The notes below the pieces were generated by a model. It made no database searches. It had not been told where the DNA came from and saw only the letters and a program-made list of their open reading frames with translations. Shown piece by piece: positions 25,233 to 33,077 of a stretch of 64,000 bases of DNA (position 1 is the stretch's first letter; every line of letters starts with the position of its first letter). Source of the DNA: a virus; IMG/VR virus record IMGVR_UViG_3300045988_117710; one strand, written 5' to 3'. Both the position numbers and the translations under genes were made by a program.

Positions 25233-25331
25233 ATGGGTTTCTGGTTAATTATATTTGTTTTATTGGATTGGATAAGTTTAGAGTCAGCTGTTGGTCTTTA
25301 TCTTATCTATTTAATTTTTGTAAAGGATTAA
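25233..25331 (+). CDS. small hydrophobic peptide (32 aa)
   Basis: Not in ORF track (short); RBS AAGGAGG 9 nt upstream of ATG 25233; MGFWLIIFVLLDWISLESAVGLYLIYLIFVKD. Confidence 0.35.
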   Translation: MGFWLIIFVLLDWISLESAVGLYLIYLIFVKD

Positions 25332-25347
25332 TATATTGGAGGTATTT

Positions 25348-25521
25348 ATGAGTAAGCACAGTGGATTAGGATATCCATCAAAGAACTTAGTTAAAGAGAT
25401 AAGATATTCTAGAAAAGCTGCTGTTGCTTTCGTAAATAATCATAGGATAAGATATTTTATTTATACTAGATTATCCAAGTATTATGAACACAAACATTAT
25501 AAAGAAATTATGTCTTCGTAG
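25348..25521 (+). CDS. hypothetical small basic protein
   Basis: ORF track (25336) trimmed to ATG 25348 with RBS GGAGG; 3' end overlaps tRNA-Lys by about 10 nt. Confidence 0.3.
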   Translation: MSKHSGLGYPSKNLVKEIRYSRKAAVAFVNNHRIRYFIYTRLSKYYEHKHYKEIMSS

Positions 25522-25587
25522 CTCAGTTGGTAGAGCAACTGACTCTTAATCAGTGGGTCCAGAGTTCGAGTCTCTGCGAGGACACCA
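25512..25587 (+). tRNA. tRNA-Lys (anticodon CUU)
   Basis: Manual cloverleaf; loop CTCTTAA; acceptor GTCTTCG/CGAGGAC (one G-U); CCA encoded. Confidence 0.7.
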
Positions 25588-25590
25588 TAT

Positions 25591-25682
25591 GTCCACTTAC
25601 TCAAGTTGGTGAAGAGGACAGATTGCTAATCTGTTAGATCAGTTTTACTGGTGCGAAGGTTCGAGTCCTTCAGTGGACGCCA
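25591..25682 (+). tRNA. tRNA-Ser (anticodon GCU), class II
   Basis: Manual fold; loop TTGCTAA; long variable arm; acceptor GTCCACT/AGTGGAC. Confidence 0.7.
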
Positions 25683-25700
25683 TTTTGTGTTTATGGCACT

Positions 25701-25776
25701 GCTTCTTTAGCTCAGTCGGTAGAGCGCACGGCTGTTAACCGTTAGGTCGTAGGTTCGAGTCCTACAAGAAGCGCCA
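25701..25776 (+). tRNA. tRNA-Asn (anticodon GUU)
   Basis: Manual cloverleaf; loop CTGTTAA; acceptor GCTTCTT/AAGAAGC. Confidence 0.7.
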
Positions 25777-25786
25777 TTAGTTTTTT

Positions 25787-25870
25787 GGGCAGTTAGCGAA
25801 GCGGTCAAACGCGGCAGACTGTAAATCTGTTCCTTCGGGTTCCGTGGTTCGAATCCACGACTGCCCACCA
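25787..25870 (+). tRNA. tRNA-Tyr (anticodon GUA), class II
   Basis: Manual fold; loop CTGTAAA; long variable arm TCCTTCGGGTTCCG; acceptor GGGCAGT/ACTGCCC. Confidence 0.7.
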
Positions 25871-25873
25871 TTT

Positions 25874-25950
25874 GTCCTTTTAGCTCAGCTGGATAGAGCA
25901 TCGCCCTTCTAAGGCGAGTGTCCTAGGTTCGAATCCTAGAGGGGACGCCA
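25874..25950 (+). tRNA. tRNA-Arg (anticodon UCU)
   Basis: Manual cloverleaf; loop CTTCTAA; acceptor GTCCTTT/AGGGGAC with two G-U pairs. Confidence 0.65.
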
Positions 25951-25956
25951 TAATAT

Positions 25957-26029
25957 CACACTGTATCCAAGTGGTTAAGGAGCCAGATATAGAACTGGTA
26001 ATTCAATGGTTCGAATCCATTCGGTGTGA
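25957..26029 (+). tRNA. atypical tRNA-like gene with noncanonical anticodon arm (identity undetermined; possible pseudogene)
   Basis: Good acceptor (CACACTG/CGGTGTG), D-arm and T-arm AATGG-TTCGAAT-CCATT, but anticodon arm CCAG-ATATAGAA-CTGG is one nt short of 5+7+5 (4-bp stem with 8-nt loop, or 6-nt loop with an A-A mismatch); no encoded CCA. Confidence 0.4.
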
Positions 26030-26076
26030 GTCACTTTCATCTATTTGAAGGCGCAATAGAATAGGTGAAACACTAT

Positions 26077-26151
26077 TGCCCGGTAGCCAAGTGGTAAGGC
26101 ACAAGACTTTGACTCTTGCATGCGCTAGTTCGAATCTAGCCCGGGCAGCCA
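26077..26151 (+). tRNA. tRNA-Gln (anticodon UUG)
   Basis: Manual cloverleaf; loop CTTTGAC; acceptor TGCCCGG/CCGGGCA; CCA encoded. Confidence 0.7.
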
Positions 26152-26182
26152 TTTAATATTTACCGAAAGAAGGTATTGCTAT

Positions 26183-26569
26183 ATGAATAATAGGAAGGTA
26201 ACTAAGTCTACAAAAGTCCATAGAAAGAATCTAATACAAAGTCTGAAGGATGAGGTTAGGATTCTTGATGAACATTATGAGTTTAAGAATGATAAGAAAA
26301 CTACTAAGTATATAATTCATTCTAATATTGGAACTTTTGAAGGTGTTTCTATTTGTCATGATGAAGACAAGTTTGTAGTTTGGAAAGCATTACAGATTTC
26401 AAAGAAGAGAGCACGTAGAGCTTATGATACAGCTGTTAAGGTTTATTTAGATGAACGATATGTTATTCCTATAACAAGATTTATGGATGGTTATATTTCT
26501 GAAGCTGTTGCACTTAAGTATAGTGTAGAGAAGCTTACAGGATACAATAAAGACAATATCGAGAACTAG
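26183..26569 (+). CDS. hypothetical protein
   Basis: ORF track. Confidence 0.4.
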   Translation: MNNRKVTKSTKVHRKNLIQSLKDEVRILDEHYEFKNDKKTTKYIIHSNIGTFEGVSICHDEDKFVVWKALQISKKRARRAYDTAVKVYLDERYVIPITRFMDGYISEAVALKYSVEKLTGYNKDNIEN

Positions 26570-26797
26570 CTATTCTCGTGAAGATACAAACAAGCTTTGA
26601 TGCGTTAGAAAGTTTGGAAGGTTTATCGGAGGGCGAATTGTACCTAGTGCAGTAAACAAGTGAGCCCACATATATGTCCTGATGTCTAGGTAGAGAAAGA
26701 GCGGTTCAATTCCGATAGGGACTTTAGAAAATATACTTATCGACGGATATTTTGTATATTAATATTAAAAGTGTAGGAAGACGTTCTTACATGATTT

Positions 26798-26873
26798 GGG
26801 GGATTAGCTCAGCTGGGAGAGCAACTGCCTTGCACGCAGTAGGTCATCGGTTCGAACCCGATATCCTCCACCA
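26798..26873 (+). tRNA. tRNA-Ala (anticodon UGC)
   Basis: Manual cloverleaf; loop CTTGCAC; acceptor GGGGATT/ATCCTCC with G3-U70 (Ala identity); CCA encoded. Confidence 0.8.
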
Positions 26874-26899
26874 TTTATTATTTAAGGGGTGATAGTATT

Positions 26900-27337
26900 A
26901 TGATTAAATATGTTTTTATTGATATGGATAATACTATTGCTGAGAATTCTACTTGTATGAATATTGAATTCTATAAAGGTTTATATCTTAATAAGCGTCC
27001 TATTAGAATTGTTATTGATGCTTTGTTAAATCTTTATGGTGATTGTTCTTTTATTATTCTTTCTAAAACCGATGGTGGTGAAGATGGTAAGAAAGAGAAG
27101 ATAGAATGGCTTTATAAATATTTTCCTTACACAGATAATATTATTCTAATTGATATTTATGAACGTAAGAGAGATTTTATTGAAGGTTTTCTTTTAGCAA
27201 ATCATGTGGATTCAAGTGAGTGTTTATTAGTAGATGATAAGAAATCGATCTTACAAGATTGTAGTGTTTTGGGTATTAGTGTTAAGTATCCACAACAATT
27301 AATCTGTGATTATGAGAATGCTGACTTGGCGCAATAG
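26900..27337 (+). CDS. HAD-like hydrolase (putative 5'(3')-deoxyribonucleotidase-like)
   Basis: Motif I FIDMDNTIAEN (DxDxT); LLVDDKKS. Confidence 0.45.
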   Translation: MIKYVFIDMDNTIAENSTCMNIEFYKGLYLNKRPIRIVIDALLNLYGDCSFIILSKTDGGEDGKKEKIEWLYKYFPYTDNIILIDIYERKRDFIEGFLLANHVDSSECLLVDDKKSILQDCSVLGISVKYPQQLICDYENADLAQ

Positions 27338-27386
27338 TTTTATATATTATTGGTAGAGTAGATTTTATTTTAAAGGAGCTTTACCA

Positions 27387-27794
27387 ATGAAGAAGAAAAT
27401 ACATTATTGTAGATATTGTAATAAGTTGTTAGAAGAGAGACACAAAGTTTATTGTAATAATAAATGTCAGTCAGATTATCAATATGAACAATATATCAAG
27501 AGATGGAAAGATGGTTTAGAGGATGGATTAAGATGTGAGTATTCTCTATCAAATCATATTCATAGATATATGAGAGAAAAGTATGGGAATAAGTGTAGTA
27601 GATGTGGTTGGTGCGAAGTTAATCCATTTACTGGAAAGGTTCCTTTAGAGATAGATCATATTGATGGTAATTACTTAAATAATAGTGAAGATAATTTGGA
27701 TTTGATTTGTCCTAATTGTCATAGTTTAACTTCTACCTATAGAGCTCTGAATAAGGGAAGAGGTAGGAAAGAGAGAAGGAAGTACGATTTGTAA
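27387..27794 (+). CDS. HNH endonuclease
   Basis: CSRCGWCE...EIDHIDGNYLNNSEDNLDLICPNCHS (HNH with Zn-binding Cys pairs). Confidence 0.7.
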   Translation: MKKKIHYCRYCNKLLEERHKVYCNNKCQSDYQYEQYIKRWKDGLEDGLRCEYSLSNHIHRYMREKYGNKCSRCGWCEVNPFTGKVPLEIDHIDGNYLNNSEDNLDLICPNCHSLTSTYRALNKGRGRKERRKYDL

Positions 27795-27804
27795 TTCTTT
27801 ATTT

Positions 27805-27878
27805 GCCCGGATAGTTAAAAGGTATAACAGATGACTTGTAATCATCTATTGGCCGTTCGATTCGACCTCTGGGCACCA
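27805..27878 (+). tRNA. tRNA-Thr (anticodon UGU)
   Basis: Manual cloverleaf; loop CTTGTAA; acceptor GCCCGGA/TCTGGGC (one G-U); one T-stem mismatch. Confidence 0.6.
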
Positions 27879-27886
27879 TTTGATTT

Positions 27887-27971
27887 GGGAGATTGTCGGA
27901 ACTGGTAGACGAGCGACGCTTAGAACGTCGTGTTGAAAAGCGTATGGGTTCGAGTCCCTTATCTCCCACCA
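27887..27971 (+). tRNA. tRNA-Leu (anticodon UAG), class II
   Basis: Manual fold; loop CTTAGAA; long variable arm; acceptor GGGAGAT/ATCTCCC; CCA encoded. Confidence 0.7.
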
Positions 27972-28163
27972 TTGATTGTGGTTTTTCAAATTTTGGTATT
28001 TACAATGGCTTGTATCGCGGGAAAGTCAATGCCCTAGGGAAGTAAGATGTGGCTGCCAAAAGTTCGTTATACAAGTAAGGTTTGAAATACATCTTAAGTA
28101 TTTTTGCTCTTTGGCTCGGTAAGAGGTTCGAAGGAAGTACTTAATATTAAATCCGAGCAACAT

Positions 28164-28240
28164 GGCCAGTTGGTGAAGCGGTTTAACACGTCGCCCTTTC
28201 ACGGCGATATACATGGGTTCGAATCCCATACTGGTCACCA
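28164..28240 (+). tRNA. tRNA-Glu (anticodon UUC)
   Basis: Manual cloverleaf; loop CTTTCAC; acceptor GGCCAGT/ACTGGTC; CCA encoded. Confidence 0.7.
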
Positions 28241-28774
28241 TAATTAGATTATTAAGCATATCATAGATTTTTGAATAGGTGGTTCTATTCTCATAGGTGG
28301 ATTTATTCCACAACTTATTATGTTGAATCTCAAGATTGTCGTAATTGGGATTCAATACCTAATCTTTTATATGAGAGTGATGACTCATATAAATGTTTAA
28401 TATAGAAATATAGATAACCGCTAATCGTGTCGTAAGCGTTTCCTAGAACGAATAACTAGGTCATTTCAGTTCTTACACAACTGAACTTATCTGTAGGGAG
28501 TTTATATTTTTGTACCTACCTGATACTGGGAGAGAGCCAGAAGTGAAGTGATTGGGCTGCCTGACCGAGCTGAAGGCCCAGATCGTTGTCTATATGGATA
28601 TTGTATGGTAGTTCTATTTATGATGCAGATTATTAGAGAGTGTAAGTTATTTCTAATAGTTATAATAGCAACGACAAGCTGTGAAGTCATACAAGACATA
28701 ATAATGATTATTATTATTATGTTCTTCTGGAATCTATTTAGATTCAGGTATCTTTTAAGATACCACTCCTTTCT

Positions 28775-28863
28775 GGGAGTGTGGCGGAATAGGTAGACGC
28801 AACGGACTTAAAATCCGTTGACCTTCAACGGTCGTGAGAGTTCAAGTCTCTCCACTCCCACCA
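28775..28863 (+). tRNA. tRNA-Leu (anticodon UAA), class II
   Basis: Manual fold; loop CTTAAAA; long variable arm; acceptor GGGAGTG/CACTCCC; CCA encoded. Confidence 0.75.
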
Positions 28864-28882
28864 TTTATTTAGAGGTGCAATT

Positions 28883-29044
28883 ATGGAAGAGAAAGATAAG
28901 AAAGAATTAGTTAGATTATTAGAAGTTTATAAAGAACATCTTTGGGATGATTGTAATTCTGAAAGTAATAATCTTCCTTATGAGTTAGCTCTATTAGAGA
29001 TAGAGGATATTATTAATTATTTAATTAGGGAGATATCTTCATAG
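28883..29044 (+). CDS. hypothetical small protein (53 aa)
   Basis: Not in ORF track (short); RBS AGAGGTG 6 nt upstream of ATG 28883; MEEKDKKELVRLLEVYKEHLWDD... Confidence 0.3.
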   Translation: MEEKDKKELVRLLEVYKEHLWDDCNSESNNLPYELALLEIEDIINYLIREISS

Positions 29045-29049
29045 TATAT

Positions 29050-29126
29050 TGCGATGTAGCTCAAATGGTTAGAGCAGTCGGTTCATACCCGATTGGTTAT
29101 AGGTTCGAGTCCTATCTTCGCGACCA
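29050..29126 (+). tRNA. tRNA with anticodon CAU (elongator Met or lysidine-modified Ile2)
   Basis: Manual cloverleaf; loop TTCATAC; acceptor TGCGATG/CTTCGCG imperfect (one mismatch plus U1-G72). Confidence 0.55.
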
Positions 29127-29202
29127 TTGAATTCTTATGTTATACATAAATTATTAATTCATAACTTACCCAGAGAACTACTTTGTAGCATATCAAAAAC
29201 CG

Positions 29203-29243
29203 GTTAGTATCTTCGGGTGACGGTAAGGGTTATCGATACTAAC
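29203..29243 (+). other. 9-bp perfect inverted repeat with 23-nt loop
   Basis: GTTAGTATC ... GATACTAAC immediately upstream of tRNA-Pro. Confidence 0.4.
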
Positions 29244-29252
29244 AATTTATTT

Positions 29253-29329
29253 CGGGATGTGGCTCAACTTGGTAGAGCACTTGGTTTGGGACCAAGTGGT
29301 TGCAGGTTCAAATCCTGTCATCCCGACCA
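29253..29329 (+). tRNA. tRNA-Pro (anticodon UGG)
   Basis: Manual cloverleaf; loop TTTGGGA; acceptor CGGGATG/CATCCCG; CCA encoded. Confidence 0.75.
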
Positions 29330-29339
29330 TTTTGTAATT

Positions 29340-29545
29340 ATAAGTAGTGGCGGAATACGTAGACGTGGTCAAGAGGTGAACATAGTGGCAGCTCGATTGT
29401 CAGATAACCTTAAACACTTTTCTTAGGCAAACCGTGAATCGAGGAGAGGGAAAGCATAATCTAGACACATAAGGGAAACCTGTGGTACGAAGACCTAAGA
29501 GAAAATATGTTCATGTGAGGTGGAAATCCTCACCTACTTTATTAT
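29340..29545 (+). ncRNA. candidate small RNA beginning with a tRNA-Leu-like 5' fragment and ending at an intrinsic terminator
   Basis: GTGGCGGAATACGTAGACG is homologous to the D-arm region of tRNA-Leu at 28775 (GTGGCGGAATAGGTAGACG) but no anticodon or T-arm follows; about 200 nt without a long ORF; ends at hairpin GTGAGG-TGGAAAT-CCTCAC plus U-tract. Confidence 0.3.
29515..29545 (+). terminator. intrinsic terminator hairpin
   Basis: GTGAGG loop TGGAAAT CCTCAC followed by CTACTTTATT. Confidence 0.5.
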
Positions 29546-29547
29546 AA

Positions 29548-29624
29548 GGACGCTTAGCTCAGTTGGTTAGAGCTCTTGCCTTACAAGCAAGAGGTCATAG
29601 GTTCGAGTCCTATAGCGTCCACCA
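29548..29624 (+). tRNA. tRNA-Val (anticodon UAC)
   Basis: Manual cloverleaf; loop CTTACAA; acceptor GGACGCT/AGCGTCC; CCA encoded. Confidence 0.8.
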
Positions 29625-29628
29625 TTAT

Positions 29629-29692
29629 GTTGGTTAGCCGGTTCGCTAAGCTTTAAAGCATGCTGTTAGTGGTTCAATTCCACTAGCCAACA
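29629..29692 (+). other. truncated tRNA-like element (64 nt; acceptor and T-arm intact, no canonical D or anticodon arm)
   Basis: Acceptor GTTGGTT/AGCCAAC and T-arm AGTGG-TTCAATT-CCACT are clear; the internal 32 nt (palindromic GCTTTAAAGC) cannot form standard D and anticodon arms. Confidence 0.3.
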
Positions 29693-29697
29693 CTTAT

Positions 29698-29774
29698 ACA
29701 GGTATAACTCAGTTGGTTAGAGTACTCGTCTGATACGCGAGATGTCGGTGGTTCGAGTCCACCTACCTGTACCA
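29698..29774 (+). tRNA. tRNA-Ile (anticodon GAU)
   Basis: Manual cloverleaf; loop CTGATAC; acceptor ACAGGTA/TACCTGT; CCA encoded. Confidence 0.75.
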
Positions 29775-29798
29775 TTTGTTTATAACTTCATTCTTATT

Positions 29799-29809
29799 TC
29801 GTATAGTAT
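29799..29809 (+). promoter_or_regulatory. promoter-like motif variant TCGTATAGTAT at start of structural block
   Basis: After tRNA-Ile, preceded by T-rich CATTCTTATT. Confidence 0.35.
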
Positions 29810-29829
29810 ATAAGAAGGGAGATAGTTAT

Positions 29830-30390
29830 ATGGAAAATGAATTAGTTAATTTAAATGAAAGTCCATTTGGAATAGTTACTGATGAAGTTCAAGAAAGTAG
29901 TGTTCCTGTGGTAAACATTGGTTTCTCTGATGAAGTATTAGATGATGCCATTGATTATATGGAAGGGAAAACTCAAAACTTAGAATTTTTAGAGAAGTTC
30001 AAAGCTGATAATAATTCAAAGATTAAAGATTATGCTTTAATTTCTACTGCTACTCAATTAGCAAGAATTCCAAGTTTAATTAAGTATTTAAATAATGTTT
30101 ATTCTTATTTATATGCTACAAGTTCTTTATCTGAAATGGATTCTAAAGATTTAGCTACTTTAGGTAGAAGTTTATCTAGTGAGATTAATTCAATTATGGA
30201 AAGTTCAAGAAAGACTTTAGATACTCTTGAAAGAAGTAGTGGAATCTCTAGTGAGTATAAAGATTTATTAGATAGTTTATTATCACAAACTCCTGAAGAG
30301 TTATCTGCTATGAAAGAATTTCTTGATTCAAGAAAACATACAGATACTGTTGAGGTAACTGATGAGTCAGAAGAAACAACTGAAGATTAA
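29830..30390 (+). CDS. hypothetical acidic protein (first gene of structural block)
   Basis: ORF track (29776) trimmed to ATG 29830 after RBS AGAAGGGAG; downstream of promoter variant TCGTATAGTAT. Confidence 0.4.
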   Translation: MENELVNLNESPFGIVTDEVQESSVPVVNIGFSDEVLDDAIDYMEGKTQNLEFLEKFKADNNSKIKDYALISTATQLARIPSLIKYLNNVYSYLYATSSLSEMDSKDLATLGRSLSSEINSIMESSRKTLDTLERSSGISSEYKDLLDSLLSQTPEELSAMKEFLDSRKHTDTVEVTDESEETTED

Positions 30391-30571
30391 TCAAGATAAG
30401 TTTGATGAAGAGATAGAGAGAATCGAGAGGTATCTGAATATGATTTCTAATCGAAAGATGAGTACTTATGAATGTATTTCTATTTTAGAAGATTTAGGGG
30501 TTATTGAAGATAAGGGTTCTCTAGACAATTTTGAAGTTATTGAAGAATTAAGCAATCATTTTTATAAGTGA
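30362..30571 (+). CDS. hypothetical protein
   Basis: ORF track. Confidence 0.35.
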   Translation: MSQKKQLKINQDKFDEEIERIERYLNMISNRKMSTYECISILEDLGVIEDKGSLDNFEVIEELSNHFYK

Positions 30572-30623
30572 TTGCTTTCTTTTATATATTTAATTAGTAA
30601 TATTATAGTATTTAGGAGTTCTT

Positions 30624-33068
30624 ATGGCTGAAATAGTATTTAGAAGTCTAGTCTCTACTGAATCTGGTGTTGGTGCTACTACCGGTAGGGAGACAGCGAA
30701 ATTTTTCAATGAAAACTTTAGAATAACTAAAGAGAATTTAGAAGCAATCTGGGCTGTTTTACAAGATATGGTTGGCTCAAAGAATATTGAAGGTATTCGA
30801 GTTAAGCCATATTACAATCCAGAAGATACTGAAGAACTTTTAGGTTATTACATGGAGTTTACAGATAATCCTGATTTAACTGTTGAAGAGGATTATCAAA
30901 AGTTATGTATAAGATGGCAAGATATAATTGGATCTCCTTTATTAAATAATGCTTTAGCTCAATTACTTGCAGACAAAGTTGATGTTGATACTTTCCAAGA
31001 GGTATCAAATCAAGTTGATGTTAATACAGCTACTCTAGAAACTTTTGGTGCTAGATTAGATCCTTTAGAAGAATCTCAACTTAAGCAAGACGGTGAGATT
31101 AGAGATTTACAACAATCTACTAAGAGTCTTGAAGAAGATATTCAATTTAAGGTTGACTTATTTAGAGGTGAAGCAAAGATTTATAATGGTAATAATGGTA
31201 CAGATTATATCTTTGGTGATGTTATTGATTCATATCCTGCTGGATCTGGTCAATATATAATGGTTACTGGTGTTGATGAGAATGGTTCTGTAACTGATGC
31301 TTCTTATTTACCAAATGTTGGTGAACCATCTCAAGGTCATATTCTTGTTTCTAATGCAGGTACTGGTTATATAATTGGTGATGTTATTGCTGTTAAGGAA
31401 TATTCAATTGCTGGTCAAGGTACTGGTTATGAAGTTAATGATATTATCAAATCTGGTAATGGAAATTATTATAAGGTTCTTAATGTTGGTGGTGCTGGAG
31501 AAGTTATAAATATTCTTCCAACACAAATTAAAACTGTTAATACGAGTGGTAATGGAGTTGTAATTAATGATTCTGCGGATTCAACTTCTACATATGCTCA
31601 AATTACTGAAGTTAGTCCAGATGGTGGTATAGAAGCTGCAATTGTTGCTGAAGGTCCTAATGTTGATAATCCTACTTTAGGTTCTGATGCTGTTGTATTC
31701 TATACTTATGGTACTGGTGCTCAACTTACTTTCCAAGGTTATAATACTATTATGTTTAGATATAATACTATTGAACCTATTAATGCTGGTGATCCACCTA
31801 AGGGAATTATTTATTCAATTGCTGATGGTGCTCCTGGTACTTGGAAGTCTATGATAGAAAATATACCATTTGCAAATATTATAGGTATTAAGAAGACTAC
31901 AGATTATTCTTATAATACTCTATCAATAACTAATCCAGATGGTGGTGAGTTATTACCTTATGCTTATGGATATAATGCAGGTGATAAAGTAACTCTTAAG
32001 GGTTACAAAGATTTAGAGATTACAATTACTGCAGTAGATGATAATGGTACTCCTACTTCATTTACTCCAGAAACTTTCTATTCTGATAGTGTAATGTCTG
32101 GAATCTATTCTACTGATGTACTTTCTACTAATTGGTTTAACTCAATAATTATTAGTAGTCCTGGTGCTGGTTATGAGGTTGGTGATACTTTCACTTTAGA
32201 AAGTTTTCCTACAACTTCACCAGTGTTTACAGTAACTAGTGTTGATGGTAATGGTGCAATTCAAACTGTTAATCCAACAACATTCTCAACTAGTTCAAAT
32301 ATGGGTGGTTCTTATTATGCTAGTGATATAGCTGGTAGAACTCCTGCAGTTATTTATGTTTCACCAAGTTCTGGTAATGCTGCTTTTGGTTTAAGATTCC
32401 AAGTTGATTCTACTCCTAAGACACAAAATACTGAATTTGATTCATATATAACTGATTTAATCAAAGCTTTAGATGGAAGTTGGAATTCTGATATCGAAGC
32501 ATTTAACTTTGTTCTTAATAAGAGAATTGATGGTAAGGTTGACCAAGTTGACTTTGATCAACATTTAGGTGATTTTGCAAATCCTCATAATGTTACTAAA
32601 GAACAAATTGGTTTAGATGCTGTTGATAATACATCAGATATGGATAAGCCAATTTCTAAAGCAACTTTAGAAAGATTTCAATCTATTGATGCTCAATTAC
32701 AATATTTACCTCGTTCTGTAGCAATATCTAAAGAAGGTTATGATAATTTAGTAACTAATATGTTATACAATTCTGATACTTTCTACTTTGTTACAAGAGG
32801 TAATCCTCCATATAGTGTTTCATTTGCTATTTATAACGGTGGTTATGGATATAAGGTTGATGATACATTTACTATTATTGGTTCTTATAATCCTAACTTT
32901 GAAGGTAAAGTTACAAAGGTAGATGCTAATGGTACTGTAGAAGAGTTTGTTATAACTAATCCATTATCTCAAGTAGACTTTGATATTTCTGGTATGTTCT
33001 CTACAACTTCTAGTGGTACAGGTTATGACTTAGTAATGTTAATAGGTTGTGAATTAATAAGTGGTTAG
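30624..33068 (+). CDS. tail fiber-like structural protein with repeated GxGY-x-VGD-xFT motifs
   Basis: 814 aa; NPHNVTKEQIGLDAVDNTSDMDKPIS motif as in many phage tail fiber proteins; at least four copies of a G(T/A)GY-x-V-x-D-x-(F/I)T repeat. Confidence 0.6.
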   Translation: MAEIVFRSLVSTESGVGATTGRETAKFFNENFRITKENLEAIWAVLQDMVGSKNIEGIRVKPYYNPEDTEELLGYYMEFTDNPDLTVEEDYQKLCIRWQDIIGSPLLNNALAQLLADKVDVDTFQEVSNQVDVNTATLETFGARLDPLEESQLKQDGEIRDLQQSTKSLEEDIQFKVDLFRGEAKIYNGNNGTDYIFGDVIDSYPAGSGQYIMVTGVDENGSVTDASYLPNVGEPSQGHILVSNAGTGYIIGDVIAVKEYSIAGQGTGYEVNDIIKSGNGNYYKVLNVGGAGEVINILPTQIKTVNTSGNGVVINDSADSTSTYAQITEVSPDGGIEAAIVAEGPNVDNPTLGSDAVVFYTYGTGAQLTFQGYNTIMFRYNTIEPINAGDPPKGIIYSIADGAPGTWKSMIENIPFANIIGIKKTTDYSYNTLSITNPDGGELLPYAYGYNAGDKVTLKGYKDLEITITAVDDNGTPTSFTPETFYSDSVMSGIYSTDVLSTNWFNSIIISSPGAGYEVGDTFTLESFPTTSPVFTVTSVDGNGAIQTVNPTTFSTSSNMGGSYYASDIAGRTPAVIYVSPSSGNAAFGLRFQVDSTPKTQNTEFDSYITDLIKALDGSWNSDIEAFNFVLNKRIDGKVDQVDFDQHLGDFANPHNVTKEQIGLDAVDNTSDMDKPISKATLERFQSIDAQLQYLPRSVAISKEGYDNLVTNMLYNSDTFYFVTRGNPPYSVSFAIYNGGYGYKVDDTFTIIGSYNPNFEGKVTKVDANGTVEEFVITNPLSQVDFDISGMFSTTSSGTGYDLVMLIGCELISG

Positions 33069-33077
33069 GAGGTATAA

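Noticed and set aside
26660-26720. tRNA-like or hammerhead-like fragment (GTCCTGATGTCTAGGTAGAGAAAGAGCGGTTCAATTCCGATAGGGAC)
   Set aside because: It contains CUGAUG and GAAA but not the full hammerhead core (CUGAUGA). It has a T-loop-like TTCAATT with an imperfect stem and an acceptor with mismatches. Too degenerate to call, and probably another decayed tRNA remnant.
18674-28355. ORFs overlapping RNA genes (minus 18674-18946, 23947-24150, 25707-25901, 28026-28355; plus 23991-24194, 28548-28796, 29217-29426)
   Set aside because: They run across tmRNA or tRNA sequences (translations contain tRNA-encoded runs such as GFEPT) and are artefacts of the stable-RNA island.
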